Both the position numbers and the translations under genes were made by a program. Of a DNA stretch of 59,909 nt, positions 19,631 to 27,952 are shown piece after piece; positions within the stretch are counted from its first letter, which is position 1; every line of letters begins with the position of its first letter. This DNA is from Acidimicrobiales bacterium (lineage in GTDB: Bacteria > Actinomycetota > Acidimicrobiia > Acidimicrobiales > JACCXE01), in the NCBI GenBank assembly GCA_035536375.1, contig DATLOH010000053.1, forward strand, positions 1 to 59,909, written 5' to 3'. The notes under the pieces are model-generated. The model did no database searches. It saw only the letters and a list, made by a program, of their open reading frames with translations, and was not told the DNA's origin.

Positions 19631-19648
19631 ATCCGACTCGCAAGACCG

Positions 19649-19678
19649 AGATGGGCCCGGGCGACGCCGGGCCCATCT
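19649..19678 (+). terminator. GC-rich hairpin (12-bp stem AGATGGGCCCGG / CCGGGCCCATCT, 6-nt loop) 19 nt after a stop codon
   Basis: Perfect inverted repeat read directly from the sequence. Located between convergent genes. No U-tract. Confidence 0.5.
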
Positions 19679-19701
19679 TCGCGACGAAGAGTCCGACGAC
19701 T

Positions 19702-19740
19702 GTGGACGGAAAGCGGCGCCCGGCGCCGCTTTGCGTCCAC
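19702..19740. repeat. 39-nt palindromic element, copy 1 (GTGGACGGAAAGCGGCGCC-C-GGCGCCGCTTTGCGTCCAC)
   Basis: 19-bp arms with 1 mismatch. The 17-nt core GGACGGAAAGCGGCGCC is identical to that at 42096-42112. Confidence 0.6.
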
Positions 19741-19753
19741 GGACAGCGGAGCT

Positions 19754-20737
19754 CTACGTCTCGCGCACGACGTCGGTTGGTGCCTTGTCCACCCGTATGC
19801 GGACGAATCGGGGGTGGCGCAGCTTGCCTTCGCTGGTCCACTCCATGAACGCGGCGTCGACCACGATCTCAGGCCGGACCCAGTGGGCTCCCTTCTTCGG
19901 TAACCCTGTGCCGGCAGTGAACGGTGGAGCGGCGACCTCGATCGACAGCAGGCGCTCGTGGAGATCGCGCAACAGTTGCGTGTTGAACCCGGTGCCGAGC
20001 CGCCCGGCGTAGACGAAGTCGGCGCCGTCGTAGTAGCCGATCAGCAGCGCGCCAAACCCGACCCGCGCGCCGCTCGGCTCGGTGAAGCCGGCTACGACGA
20101 ACTCCTGTGACGAGTCGCACTTCATCTTCAGCCATGCCTTTGATCGCTTGTGCTCGTAGACCGAATCCCGTCGCTTGGCCATCACCCCCTCCCAACCCTC
20201 GCGGCACGCACGCTCGTAGGCGACGATCCCGTTCTCTTTCAGCGGCTCCACCAGCGCGAGTGGCTCGACCCAGCCGAACTCGTCGCTCAGAATCTGCTGC
20301 CGCGAGTTCAGTGGAAGATTTGTGACGTCGTAGCCGTCGATCCGCAACACGTCGAACACCGCGTACTGCGTCCGGTCATCACCCCGACCGCGCGGCGCTC
20401 CCGGCCGCCGATTGCCTGACACCATCTCCCCGTCGACCACGAAGTCGCGCGACGACTGCGCAAGAAGCGTGGCTTCAACCGCGGGGTGACGATGCCGGAT
20501 CCGGTTGCGCGTGAGCAGGCGGGCCTCGCCGCCTGCGATGAAAGCCAAGTAGCGGATGCCGTCCAGTTTTCTCTCGAACACCCACTCCGAGTCGTCGAAC
20601 CGGGCGTCGGTCAACCTCGCCGCCATCGGCTCGAGCCACGACGGCGCGGGCGTGGCGTGCACTCGCGCCCGCAGGTCGTCATCGAGATCTGACAGCCAGT
20701 CCACGCCGCCATCTTCGCGGTCGCGCGACAAGTGCAA
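19754..20737 (-). CDS. ATP-dependent DNA ligase (LigC / LigD-ligase-domain type)
   Basis: 327-aa ORF. Adenylation motif I ERKLDGIR, plus EGVMAKR and WLKMK motifs. Exact start uncertain (TTG 20737 or GTG 20704). Confidence 0.85.
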   Translation of the reverse strand: MHLSRDREDGGVDWLSDLDDDLRARVHATPAPSWLEPMAARLTDARFDDSEWVFERKLDGIRYLAFIAGGEARLLTRNRIRHRHPAVEATLLAQSSRDFVVDGEMVSGNRRPGAPRGRGDDRTQYAVFDVLRIDGYDVTNLPLNSRQQILSDEFGWVEPLALVEPLKENGIVAYERACREGWEGVMAKRRDSVYEHKRSKAWLKMKCDSSQEFVVAGFTEPSGARVGFGALLIGYYDGADFVYAGRLGTGFNTQLLRDLHERLLSIEVAAPPFTAGTGLPKKGAHWVRPEIVVDAAFMEWTSEGKLRHPRFVRIRVDKAPTDVVRET

Positions 20738-20748
20738 GAGTCACGAGC

Positions 20749-21723
20749 ATGGATGCTGCAGTGGCCAACGAGATCATCGCTGCCGAAGTTGTCTCTGACG
20801 CGGTAGCAAAGGCGTACGGCCTCGTGCCCGACGAGGCGGCGCTCATTCGGCGTGGATTCAACGACACATACCGCCTCGACGCCAACGGGGAACGCCGGGT
20901 TGCCCGCGTGTACCTGGCGGGCAAGTACTACCTCCACGACAACGACGACATCCGCTTCGAGCTCGACATGCTGTCGCATCTCGGAACGCGCGGCGTTCCC
21001 GTATCGGTTCCGCTTCCGAGACGCGACGGCGAACTGCTTGGCACGGTGACCGACGCGTCCGGGGCGGCGCGCCCGTTCGCTTTGTTCACCTGGGCCGAGG
21101 GTGACACGGTGGAGGGTCACGTGCATCCCGAGACGCCGGTGAACTTCGGCCGGTCACTGGCGCAGGTCCACGTCGAGGCTGACACGTTCGATTCCCCGTA
21201 CTCGCGCTACCGGCTCGATGCGAGCTATCTCGTCGACCAGCCCGAGCGTCTCATGGCCGGGAAGTTCGCGGCGCAGGCCGACGAACGGTTCGAGTCATAC
21301 CGCGGTCTCTTCGCCGAGATGCGTGCCTTTCTCGCGACGCAGCCAAACGATTTGCCGGCGTTCGGATACCTGCACGGCGACCCCCACGGTCGCAACGCTC
21401 ACGCTGACAAGCAGGGCAGCGTCACGTTGTTCGACTTCGACCACGGCGGATTCGGGTGGCGCGCCTACGACGTGCTCACGGCGATGGCATCCGTGCCCGA
21501 GGATCGGCGGGGCGACTTCCTCGAGTCATACCGGTCGGTGCGCCCGTCGTTCACCGGCGACGAGGCAACGCTGTTGCGGTGGCTTCCGATCCGGATGGTG
21601 TGGGACATCGGCGACATGCTTGCGATGGCTCCCGTCATGGGCAACGACTTCAACCCGCCGCTCGACGAAGGTGTGCAGTTCCTCGATCGAGTCAAGGAGC
21701 GCTGGCAGAACGCCGGCCCGTAA
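20749..21723 (+). CDS. phosphotransferase enzyme family protein (APH / homoserine-kinase-II-like)
   Basis: 324-aa ORF with YLHGDPHGRNAH and LFDFDHGG motifs. Confidence 0.75.
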   Translation: MDAAVANEIIAAEVVSDAVAKAYGLVPDEAALIRRGFNDTYRLDANGERRVARVYLAGKYYLHDNDDIRFELDMLSHLGTRGVPVSVPLPRRDGELLGTVTDASGAARPFALFTWAEGDTVEGHVHPETPVNFGRSLAQVHVEADTFDSPYSRYRLDASYLVDQPERLMAGKFAAQADERFESYRGLFAEMRAFLATQPNDLPAFGYLHGDPHGRNAHADKQGSVTLFDFDHGGFGWRAYDVLTAMASVPEDRRGDFLESYRSVRPSFTGDEATLLRWLPIRMVWDIGDMLAMAPVMGNDFNPPLDEGVQFLDRVKERWQNAGP

Positions 21724-21736
21724 CGCAGGCGTAGCA

Positions 21737-22663
21737 CTAGCCGAGACGGCGAAGCGTGACGACAACCAAGTCCTCCACGCGGCTCGTCATGCTCTTGGTG
21801 TCGACGGGGATCTGGCCGTTTACTTGAACGGGAATGAAGGTTTGCCAGCCGTCGCTATAGCGCAGCAGGGCGACGAGGTTCCACCACGGGTCGACGTGCC
21901 GCCCGGCGATCGCCTCATAGAGCGTGCGGAATTGTTCAGCCCGTTCGGCGGAGTAGAGAACGGCGAGATTGAGGTGGCAGTGCCCCACGTCTAGGTCTGC
22001 CGAACCGATGCGCGGGAAGGTCCAGTCCACGACGCCGGTGAGGACGTTGCGCGACCAGAGCATGTTGAAATGCTGGAAGTCGCCGTGGCGGAAGACGGGC
22101 GGAGCGACCGGCGCCGGTGAACGGACTGCAGCCAGCGCGGCGTTCCACACATTTGGCCGACCGGAAGCGGGCGCGCTCCACTCGGAGAAGTCCGGTTTCA
22201 GGTTGGAGCGCGGCACGTCGGCGTCGATGTCATGAATGTGGGGGAGTAGCTCCGCTTGAGCGCGGAGCCAGAGCTCGACGTCGCGCGGGGCCAAATCGAC
22301 GCGGCCGGGTACCTTCGTCATCAACAGCGACGCGGGACCACCGGTGTCGGCGCCCGTGGGGTCCGCGGCGATGCACCGTGGAGCCGGCACGCCGGCGCGC
22401 TCCGCAGCCTCGAGAGCGCGCTGCTCGGCGAGAATGAAGTCCTGCGCCATCGCCGGTTCGCTCTCGATCCAATCACCCACCCACCTGCGGAGCACGACGG
22501 TGGATGACCTGCCGTCGAGGTGAGCGAGAGAGACTGCGTGAACCGATGAGCTGATGCCACCCATGAGCCGGCGCACGCGGGTGACCCTCGATCGGGGGTC
22601 GACCCGTCGCCGCACCCAGTCGAGTGTCGCCGGCGACGGTGACCTACGCGCAGGGTCGATCAC
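21737..22663 (-). CDS. phosphotransferase enzyme family protein (APH-like)
   Basis: MGGISSSVHAV nucleotide-binding-type N-terminus, then FRHGDFQHFNMLW and VVDWTF motifs. Start placed at GTG 22663. The track ORF to 22867 runs through a non-coding repeat array. Confidence 0.7.
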   Translation of the reverse strand: MIDPARRSPSPATLDWVRRRVDPRSRVTRVRRLMGGISSSVHAVSLAHLDGRSSTVVLRRWVGDWIESEPAMAQDFILAEQRALEAAERAGVPAPRCIAADPTGADTGGPASLLMTKVPGRVDLAPRDVELWLRAQAELLPHIHDIDADVPRSNLKPDFSEWSAPASGRPNVWNAALAAVRSPAPVAPPVFRHGDFQHFNMLWSRNVLTGVVDWTFPRIGSADLDVGHCHLNLAVLYSAERAEQFRTLYEAIAGRHVDPWWNLVALLRYSDGWQTFIPVQVNGQIPVDTKSMTSRVEDLVVVTLRRLG

Positions 22664-22744
22664 CCACCCAGTATGAGTCGGCGGCGACCTGCGACATAGG
22701 TCCGACCTCGCCATACGGCCGTTGGCGGGCCGGCCCAGGTCCGT

Positions 22745-22878
22745 TGTCGGTTCACGTGGGGGGACGGCGGGGGGTTGTCGGCTCATGTGGGTGTCCTGCA
22801 CCCACCTGCACCGACGACCCGTCCGATTACACCCACGTAGACCGACAACCCGTCCGGTTACCCCCACGTAGACCGACA
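22745..22878. repeat. dyad-symmetric array of four 21-bp sites TGTCGGYYYAYGTGGGKGKMM (two on each strand, 31-bp phasing)
   Basis: Sites lie at 22745-22765 and 22776-22796 on the + strand, and at 22827-22847 and 22858-22878 on the - strand. All are symmetric about 22811.5. Confidence 0.75.
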
Positions 22879-23015
22879 GCTCGGGAGAACACGCGTCGGC
22901 GCGGCGCGGTTGCGTTCCGGTCGAGGTTCTCAGCGCCTAGCGCGGAGAAAGCCGTCAGGTTCGGCGTCCGCCCGCCGCCTAGTGACGAAACCGACATGGC
23001 CCTTCGTCTTAGGCT

Positions 23016-23300
23016 TTGCGCAACGTGCGCGCTTGCCTTCTCAGTCGACGGCAGTGGTGGCTCGCGGCGATGGCGGCGGGCGGTGTGGCGGTAACGCACG
23101 CGCTGACTTACTGGCTCATCGAGCCTGAGGCGTCACACCGTGCGGAACTGCTGCACGAGACAGGTCACCACGCGTGGCCGCCGTTTGTCGTTCCGGCGAT
23201 GCTGGGCGCTCTAGTCCTCGGTCTTCCTCGCGCCGCAACCCGCAGGGTCGGCGCACCGCTTGCGCTGCGAGCCACAACTGCTCGGCTTGGAGCGCCGTGA
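23016..23300 (+). CDS. hypothetical small membrane protein, His-rich loop (HETGHHAW)
   Basis: 94-aa ORF with two hydrophobic segments. Stop overlaps the next start (GTGA at 23297-23300). Own start uncertain (TTG 23016, GTG 23025 or ATG 23070). Confidence 0.4.
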   Translation: MRNVRACLLSRRQWWLAAMAAGGVAVTHALTYWLIEPEASHRAELLHETGHHAWPPFVVPAMLGALVLGLPRAATRRVGAPLALRATTARLGAP

Positions 23301-23842
23301 GGCGCACCGCTCTCGCCTTGTTAGTTCTTGCGCTCGCCACACCCCAGGCCGCCGCCGCTCACGGCACCGGCGGTGGCAGCGGCGGAAGGGTCGGCGCGTC
23401 CTTCTTCCTACTGCTCGGCGGTATGGCGGTTGCCGGAGCCGGCTTGGTGAATCGACGCAGGCTGCCGAGAGTCGCAGTCGTCGCCGCAGTGATTGCCGGC
23501 GCCGCTTTGGGAATCAGCAGTTTGCTGGCAGCCGGTCCGAGCGAGCGGCCGGACGTGCACATCGCAGTGGTTGCGCCAACCGACGGCGCGACCGTTCCGG
23601 CAGGGAAGCCCGTCGCTGTGAGGGTCGAAGTTGACGCGCCGCTCGCCACGGGTCCGGCGGACAAGCAAGGCGGGCACCTTCAGCTTTCGGTGAACGGCAA
23701 GCTCAAGCAGATGCCCTACTCCGCAACCACAGAGGTGACGTTGGAACCGGGCCGCCACAGACTCACGGTCGAATACGTCGACAACAAGCACTTGGCGTAC
23801 GACCCGCCCGTCGCAGCGGACGTCGAAGTAACCGCCTCCTAG
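23297..23842 (+). CDS. hypothetical membrane-anchored protein with C-terminal Ig-like/DUF4399-like domain
   Basis: GTG 23297 begins a signal-like VRRTALALLVLALATPQAAAAHG, followed by two more TM segments and a beta-rich domain (GGHLQLSVNG...RHRLTVEYVD). Confidence 0.55.
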   Translation: MRRTALALLVLALATPQAAAAHGTGGGSGGRVGASFFLLLGGMAVAGAGLVNRRRLPRVAVVAAVIAGAALGISSLLAAGPSERPDVHIAVVAPTDGATVPAGKPVAVRVEVDAPLATGPADKQGGHLQLSVNGKLKQMPYSATTEVTLEPGRHRLTVEYVDNKHLAYDPPVAADVEVTAS

Positions 23843-23863
23843 CGGGCGCGGCCCGCGCTTCGG

Positions 23864-24325
23864 CTAGGACTCGACGTAGGCCGCGAGGTTCTCCAGTGAC
23901 GAAGCGAGTCCGGTCGCGTGGTCTTCGCGTGAGATGCCGTCGGGAACGTCCTCGGCGATGATGTCGACGCGCGTGCCGCCCTCGACGGTGGCCAACTCCC
24001 AGGTCATTGTCATGGTGCCGGCAAACGCCGGGTCGTCGGAGACGAAGTCGACCGACTGGACCACTCGCTGGTTCTCCACGATCTCTACGTAACGCGCCTC
24101 GACGACGTCGGCGTCGGCCGCGCTCTTCCCGCGAGCGTCAGTGGCCTCGCTGTAGGTCAAGACCAGCCGGTAAGAACCGCCCACTGTCGGATCGAATCGC
24201 TCGAATGTCGCCGTCATGCCGCGCGGCGCCAGCCATGACAGCAACGCGTCACGATCCAGCAGTGCGGTGAAAACGCGTTCAATCGGGGCGGTGACGACAC
24301 GGGATGCCCGGTCGGTGCGCGGCAT
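23864..24325 (-). CDS. SRPBCC family protein (AHSA1/START-like)
   Basis: 153-aa ORF. ASRVVTAPIERVFTALLD...GGSYRL pattern typical of the Aha1/BPI-fold SRPBCC family. Confidence 0.75.
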   Translation of the reverse strand: MPRTDRASRVVTAPIERVFTALLDRDALLSWLAPRGMTATFERFDPTVGGSYRLVLTYSEATDARGKSAADADVVEARYVEIVENQRVVQSVDFVSDDPAFAGTMTMTWELATVEGGTRVDIIAEDVPDGISREDHATGLASSLENLAAYVES

Positions 24326-24383
24326 GGTCCGGATGCTATGGCTGGTCGGCGCGCCAAGATGTCAGCCACTGCGAGGAGGTCTG

Positions 24384-25097
24384 ATGACGCCACCGTCTAA
24401 GACGAACGAGATCGACCCCATCGGGGCCGCCCCACCAGTTGTGGACCAAGCGACGTGGGAGAAGGCACTCGACGAGCTCCGGGCGCGCGAGAAGGCGGCC
24501 ACGCGCGAGCTGGACGCGATCGCTGCGGCCCGTCGTCGTCTACCGATGGTCGAGCTGCCCGACTACACGTTGGTCGGGCCCGATGGCCCGATCAGACTGC
24601 TCGACGTGTTCGACGGCAAGCGCCAGCTCATCATCTACAACCACATGTGGTTTCCCGGCGAAGAGTGGCAGTGCGCTGGATGCACCGGCTTCACGAGCCA
24701 GTTCACGCGTCCGGAGTTCATCGATGCGTACGACGCCCGCTTTGTGATCGTGACACAGGGTCCGATCGATGACGCTCTCGCGTACAAGGCTCGGGTTGGC
24801 AACAAGATGGACTGGTACTCGACAGCGGACAGTCCGTTCGGTGCGGATATGGGCGCGCCGTCCAACGGCGGTTTCCAGCTCAACGTCCTCCTCCGCGTTG
24901 GCGACAAGGCGTACCGCACGTACAACACGCAGGGCCGCGGCGTCGAGCAGCTCAGCCACACGTTCCCGCTCATCGACCTGCTGCCTTACGGACGCCAAGA
25001 AGAGTGGCAGGACTCGCCTGAGGGATGGCCCCAGTCGCCGACGTACTCGCGTTGGGCTCCTTCCGAGTACTACGCCCGCTATGCCGAATCCCTATAG
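24384..25097 (+). CDS. DUF899 thioredoxin-like family protein
   Basis: ATG 24384 after GAGGAGG. WEKALDELRAREKAATRELDAIAAARRRLPMVE...LIIYNHMW...CAGCT matches the DUF899 pattern. Confidence 0.8.
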   Translation: MTPPSKTNEIDPIGAAPPVVDQATWEKALDELRAREKAATRELDAIAAARRRLPMVELPDYTLVGPDGPIRLLDVFDGKRQLIIYNHMWFPGEEWQCAGCTGFTSQFTRPEFIDAYDARFVIVTQGPIDDALAYKARVGNKMDWYSTADSPFGADMGAPSNGGFQLNVLLRVGDKAYRTYNTQGRGVEQLSHTFPLIDLLPYGRQEEWQDSPEGWPQSPTYSRWAPSEYYARYAESL

Positions 25098-25115
25098 AGA
25101 AAGGCGAAGGCGCTG

Positions 25116-25925
25116 TTGCGGCGGGGGGTGAAGGCTGCACCGGTGAGTAGCGAAGCAGATAGACGACCGCGTCCTGTAGCGCTGGTGACGGGGGCGAGCC
25201 GCCGATCGGGAATCGGCGCCGCCATTGCCACGCGACTCGCAGTCGCCGGGTGGGACGTGGCCACCACCTACTGGACGGCGTACGACACCGCGGACGAATG
25301 GAGTCGCGCGGACGCGGATCCCGGCGCGGTCGTCAAGGCGATCGAAGCGACGGGCGCCCGCGCGTGTGCGATCGAAGTCGACCTGTCCGCGGTCGACGCG
25401 CCGGCAACGGTGTTCGACAAGGTCGCCGAGGCGCTCGGCTCAGTCACAACGCTCGTGCTCAATCATTGCGAGTGCGAAACGCTCGACCTTCTGAGTACGA
25501 CGGCAGCCGCGCTCGATCGTCACGTGGCCGTCAACGTCACTGCCAACTTGCTGCTCATCCAGGAGTTCGCGCGGCGATTCCCGGCGGACACCCCCGGGGC
25601 GATCGTCGCCCTGACGAGCGACCACACCGCAGGCAACGTCCCGTACGGAGTGACCAAGGGCGCACTCGAACGACTCATCACGGCCGCAGCGGTTGAGCTC
25701 GCGCCGCTGGGCGTACGGGCCAACGCGGTCAACCCGGGTGGAACTGACACCGGCTGGATGTCCGACGACATCCGCCACCAGACCGAATCGAACACTCCCC
25801 TCGGACGCGTCGGTACGCCCGATGACGCCGCTCGACTCGTCGAGTTTCTCTGTTCCGACGACGGCCGCTGGATCACCGGCCAGCTGCTCCACAGCAACGG
25901 TGGCCGCCGGATGACCACGCCCTGA
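25116..25925 (+). CDS. SDR family oxidoreductase
   Basis: VALVTGASRRSGIG cofactor motif and YGVTKGAL catalytic YxxxK. Start uncertain (TTG 25116 or GTG 25142). Confidence 0.8.
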   Translation: MRRGVKAAPVSSEADRRPRPVALVTGASRRSGIGAAIATRLAVAGWDVATTYWTAYDTADEWSRADADPGAVVKAIEATGARACAIEVDLSAVDAPATVFDKVAEALGSVTTLVLNHCECETLDLLSTTAAALDRHVAVNVTANLLLIQEFARRFPADTPGAIVALTSDHTAGNVPYGVTKGALERLITAAAVELAPLGVRANAVNPGGTDTGWMSDDIRHQTESNTPLGRVGTPDDAARLVEFLCSDDGRWITGQLLHSNGGRRMTTP

Positions 25926-25938
25926 CCGCGCGCCGCCG

Positions 25939-26907
25939 TCAGCGCTTGACGAGATCTCCGATACGGCCGAGCAGTTCGTCGTCGAACTGACCGAGCACGT
26001 CGAGCGCGCCCATGTTGTCGACGACTTGTTCGGGCGTGGTGGCACCGGTAATCACCGTTGAAACATGGGGATTGGCAGCGCACCACGCGATCGACAACTG
26101 CGCGAGCGTGCACCCCAGTTCGTCGGCAACTGTCGACAGCGACCGCACCTGCTCGTTGCGGGCCGGGTCGGTGAGGGCTGTACGCAACCACTCGTAACCG
26201 GGCAACGTGGCCCGGCTGCCCTCGGGGACGCCATCGAGGTACTTGCCAGTCAGCAGGCCCGACGCAAGCGGGCTCCACGTCGTGAGGCCGAGGCCGATGT
26301 CGTCGTAGAGCCGCGCGTACTCCCGCTCGACCTTGCGCCGGTTGAACAGGTTGTACTCCGGCTGCTCCATCACCGGCTTGTGCAGGTGATGACGCTCGGC
26401 GATCTCCCACGCGGCGCGGATCTCGTCAGCCGTCCACTCCGACGTGCCCCAGTACAAGGCTCGGCCGGAACTGATGATCTCCGACATCGCCCACACGGTC
26501 TCTTCGATCGGCGTGTTCGGATCGGCGCGGTGGCAGAAGATCAGATCGAGAAAGTCGAGCCCGAACCGCTCCAACGACTTGTCGACGGCGGCCATCAGGT
26601 ACTTCCGGTTCAGCGTGTTGCGGGTGTTCGGCCCATCCTTCAGCCCCCAGAAGAACTTCGACGACACCACGTAGTCGCCGCGGTCCCAACCCAGACCGGC
26701 AATCGCCTCGCCCATGATCCGTTCGGATTCACCGCCGGCATACGCCTCGGCGTTGTCGAAGAAGTTCACCCCCGCGTCCCACGCTGCGGCCAAACACTCG
26801 CGAGCGGCCCCCGTATCCATCTGCGTTCCGAACGAGACCCAGGAACCGAAGGACAGCACGCTGACCTTCAACCCGGATCGACCCAAGCGGCGGTAGATCA
26901 TCGACAT
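25939..26907 (-). CDS. aldo/keto reductase (Kv-beta-subunit-like)
   Basis: 322-aa [24 protein letters not shown]...[14 protein letters not shown]...VVSSK is the canonical AKR N-terminus and catalytic tetrad context. Confidence 0.9.
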   Translation of the reverse strand: MSMIYRRLGRSGLKVSVLSFGSWVSFGTQMDTGAARECLAAAWDAGVNFFDNAEAYAGGESERIMGEAIAGLGWDRGDYVVSSKFFWGLKDGPNTRNTLNRKYLMAAVDKSLERFGLDFLDLIFCHRADPNTPIEETVWAMSEIISSGRALYWGTSEWTADEIRAAWEIAERHHLHKPVMEQPEYNLFNRRKVEREYARLYDDIGLGLTTWSPLASGLLTGKYLDGVPEGSRATLPGYEWLRTALTDPARNEQVRSLSTVADELGCTLAQLSIAWCAANPHVSTVITGATTPEQVVDNMGALDVLGQFDDELLGRIGDLVKR

Positions 26908-27043
26908 CGCCGAGTTCTATCAGCGCCGCAGGATGGCTTCGAACCCGGGACCGGTTGGTTACACCGGCAGCAGCAACTCTGGATAGCTTGCGTGCGCGCC
27001 GTCGTGTCGAAGACTGAAAGGCGCCTTGTTTGGAGGGAGCCTG

Positions 27044-27943
27044 GTGACCGAACTCGTCGACCGCATGGAGGTAACCCGGATCATCCGGGCGTCGCCGGCG
27101 GAGATCTTCGCCGTGCTGTGCGACCCGCAGGGTCATGTCGCCATCGACAGCTCGGGGATGCTGCAAGGCGCCACCGGTGAGCGCGTCACGGCGGTCGGGG
27201 ACAGCTTTGTCGTACACATGGACCGCGAGGCCCTCAACGACTTCCCTCTCGGCGAGTACGACGTGACCGTCAGCATCCGCACGTTCGAGCCCAATCGCGA
27301 GATCGCGTGGGATGTACTCGGACGGATCCGCCCTCAGATCGGTCACTTCTATGGGTACCGGCTCGAGCCCGCGTCGGACGGCGACGGTACAGCCATCACC
27401 TCCTACTACGACTGGTCGCAGATCGACCCGACGTGGCGCGAGGCCGGCATCTTCCCCGTGATGTCCGAAGGCGCGCTGCGGGCGACGCTCGGGGTGCTCG
27501 CCCGGACAGTGGCCGCCGGCCGCGTAGCCCCCAGTAACGCTGGCGCTGACCAATCGCTGCGCGTCCGACGCGAAGCGGTGGTGCGCGAGCACATGGACGC
27601 CGAGAACCGATTGGAGTTCGACTCGGTGATGGCCACGTTCGCTCACCCGCGCTACGAGCTCATGGCGACCGGGCAAGTCTTCGACGGCGAATCGGAAGTG
27701 CGCGAGTACTTCCGGCGGTCGCGCGCGCTGTTCCCGGATCAGCACAACGAGAACGCCGTGCTTCGTAGCGCGGACGACGCCGTGGTGGCCGAGTTCGACC
27801 TCGTCGGAACCGATCCGGGCGGCGGCCGGTCGTTCCGTTCGCGGATGGTGGCCCTGTTTCTCTTCGACCCGGGCGCCGATCGAATTGTGTGTGAGCGCGT
27901 GTACTTCGACACGGCGTCGATCGCCGCGCAGCTCACCGAGTAG
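27044..27943 (+). CDS. fusion protein: N-terminal SRPBCC (polyketide-cyclase/START-like) domain plus C-terminal SnoaL/NTF2-like domain
   Basis: GTG 27044 lies 5 nt after GGAGGGA. The N-half has RIIRASPAEIFAVLCDPQGH. The C-half has VVREHMDAENRLEFDSVMATFA...RIVCERVYFD. Confidence 0.7.
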   Translation: MTELVDRMEVTRIIRASPAEIFAVLCDPQGHVAIDSSGMLQGATGERVTAVGDSFVVHMDREALNDFPLGEYDVTVSIRTFEPNREIAWDVLGRIRPQIGHFYGYRLEPASDGDGTAITSYYDWSQIDPTWREAGIFPVMSEGALRATLGVLARTVAAGRVAPSNAGADQSLRVRREAVVREHMDAENRLEFDSVMATFAHPRYELMATGQVFDGESEVREYFRRSRALFPDQHNENAVLRSADDAVVAEFDLVGTDPGGGRSFRSRMVALFLFDPGADRIVCERVYFDTASIAAQLTE

Positions 27944-27952
27944 ACGCCGCGC

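Noticed and set aside
19754-20737. DNA ligase considered as part of an NHEJ (Ku-LigD) module.
   Set aside because: No Ku gene and no polymerase or phosphoesterase domains are present in the window. It looks like a stand-alone LigC-type ligase, which is ordinary for Actinobacteria.
20704-20751. Only 11 bp separate the divergent DNA ligase and phosphotransferase starts, considered as an unusual overlapping-promoter arrangement.
   Set aside because: The ligase start is uncertain: TTG 20737, TTG 20731 or GTG 20704. Ligase-family similarity begins well downstream, so the real intergenic distance may be about 44 bp or more.
22624-23094. A 156-aa plus-strand ORF, and the N-terminal extension of the minus-strand ORF up to 22867, both covering the four-site repeat array.
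   Set aside because: Both translations are low-complexity and have no family resemblance. The kinase-family similarity on the minus strand only starts near 22600. The perfect dyad symmetry is a DNA-level feature, not a coding one.
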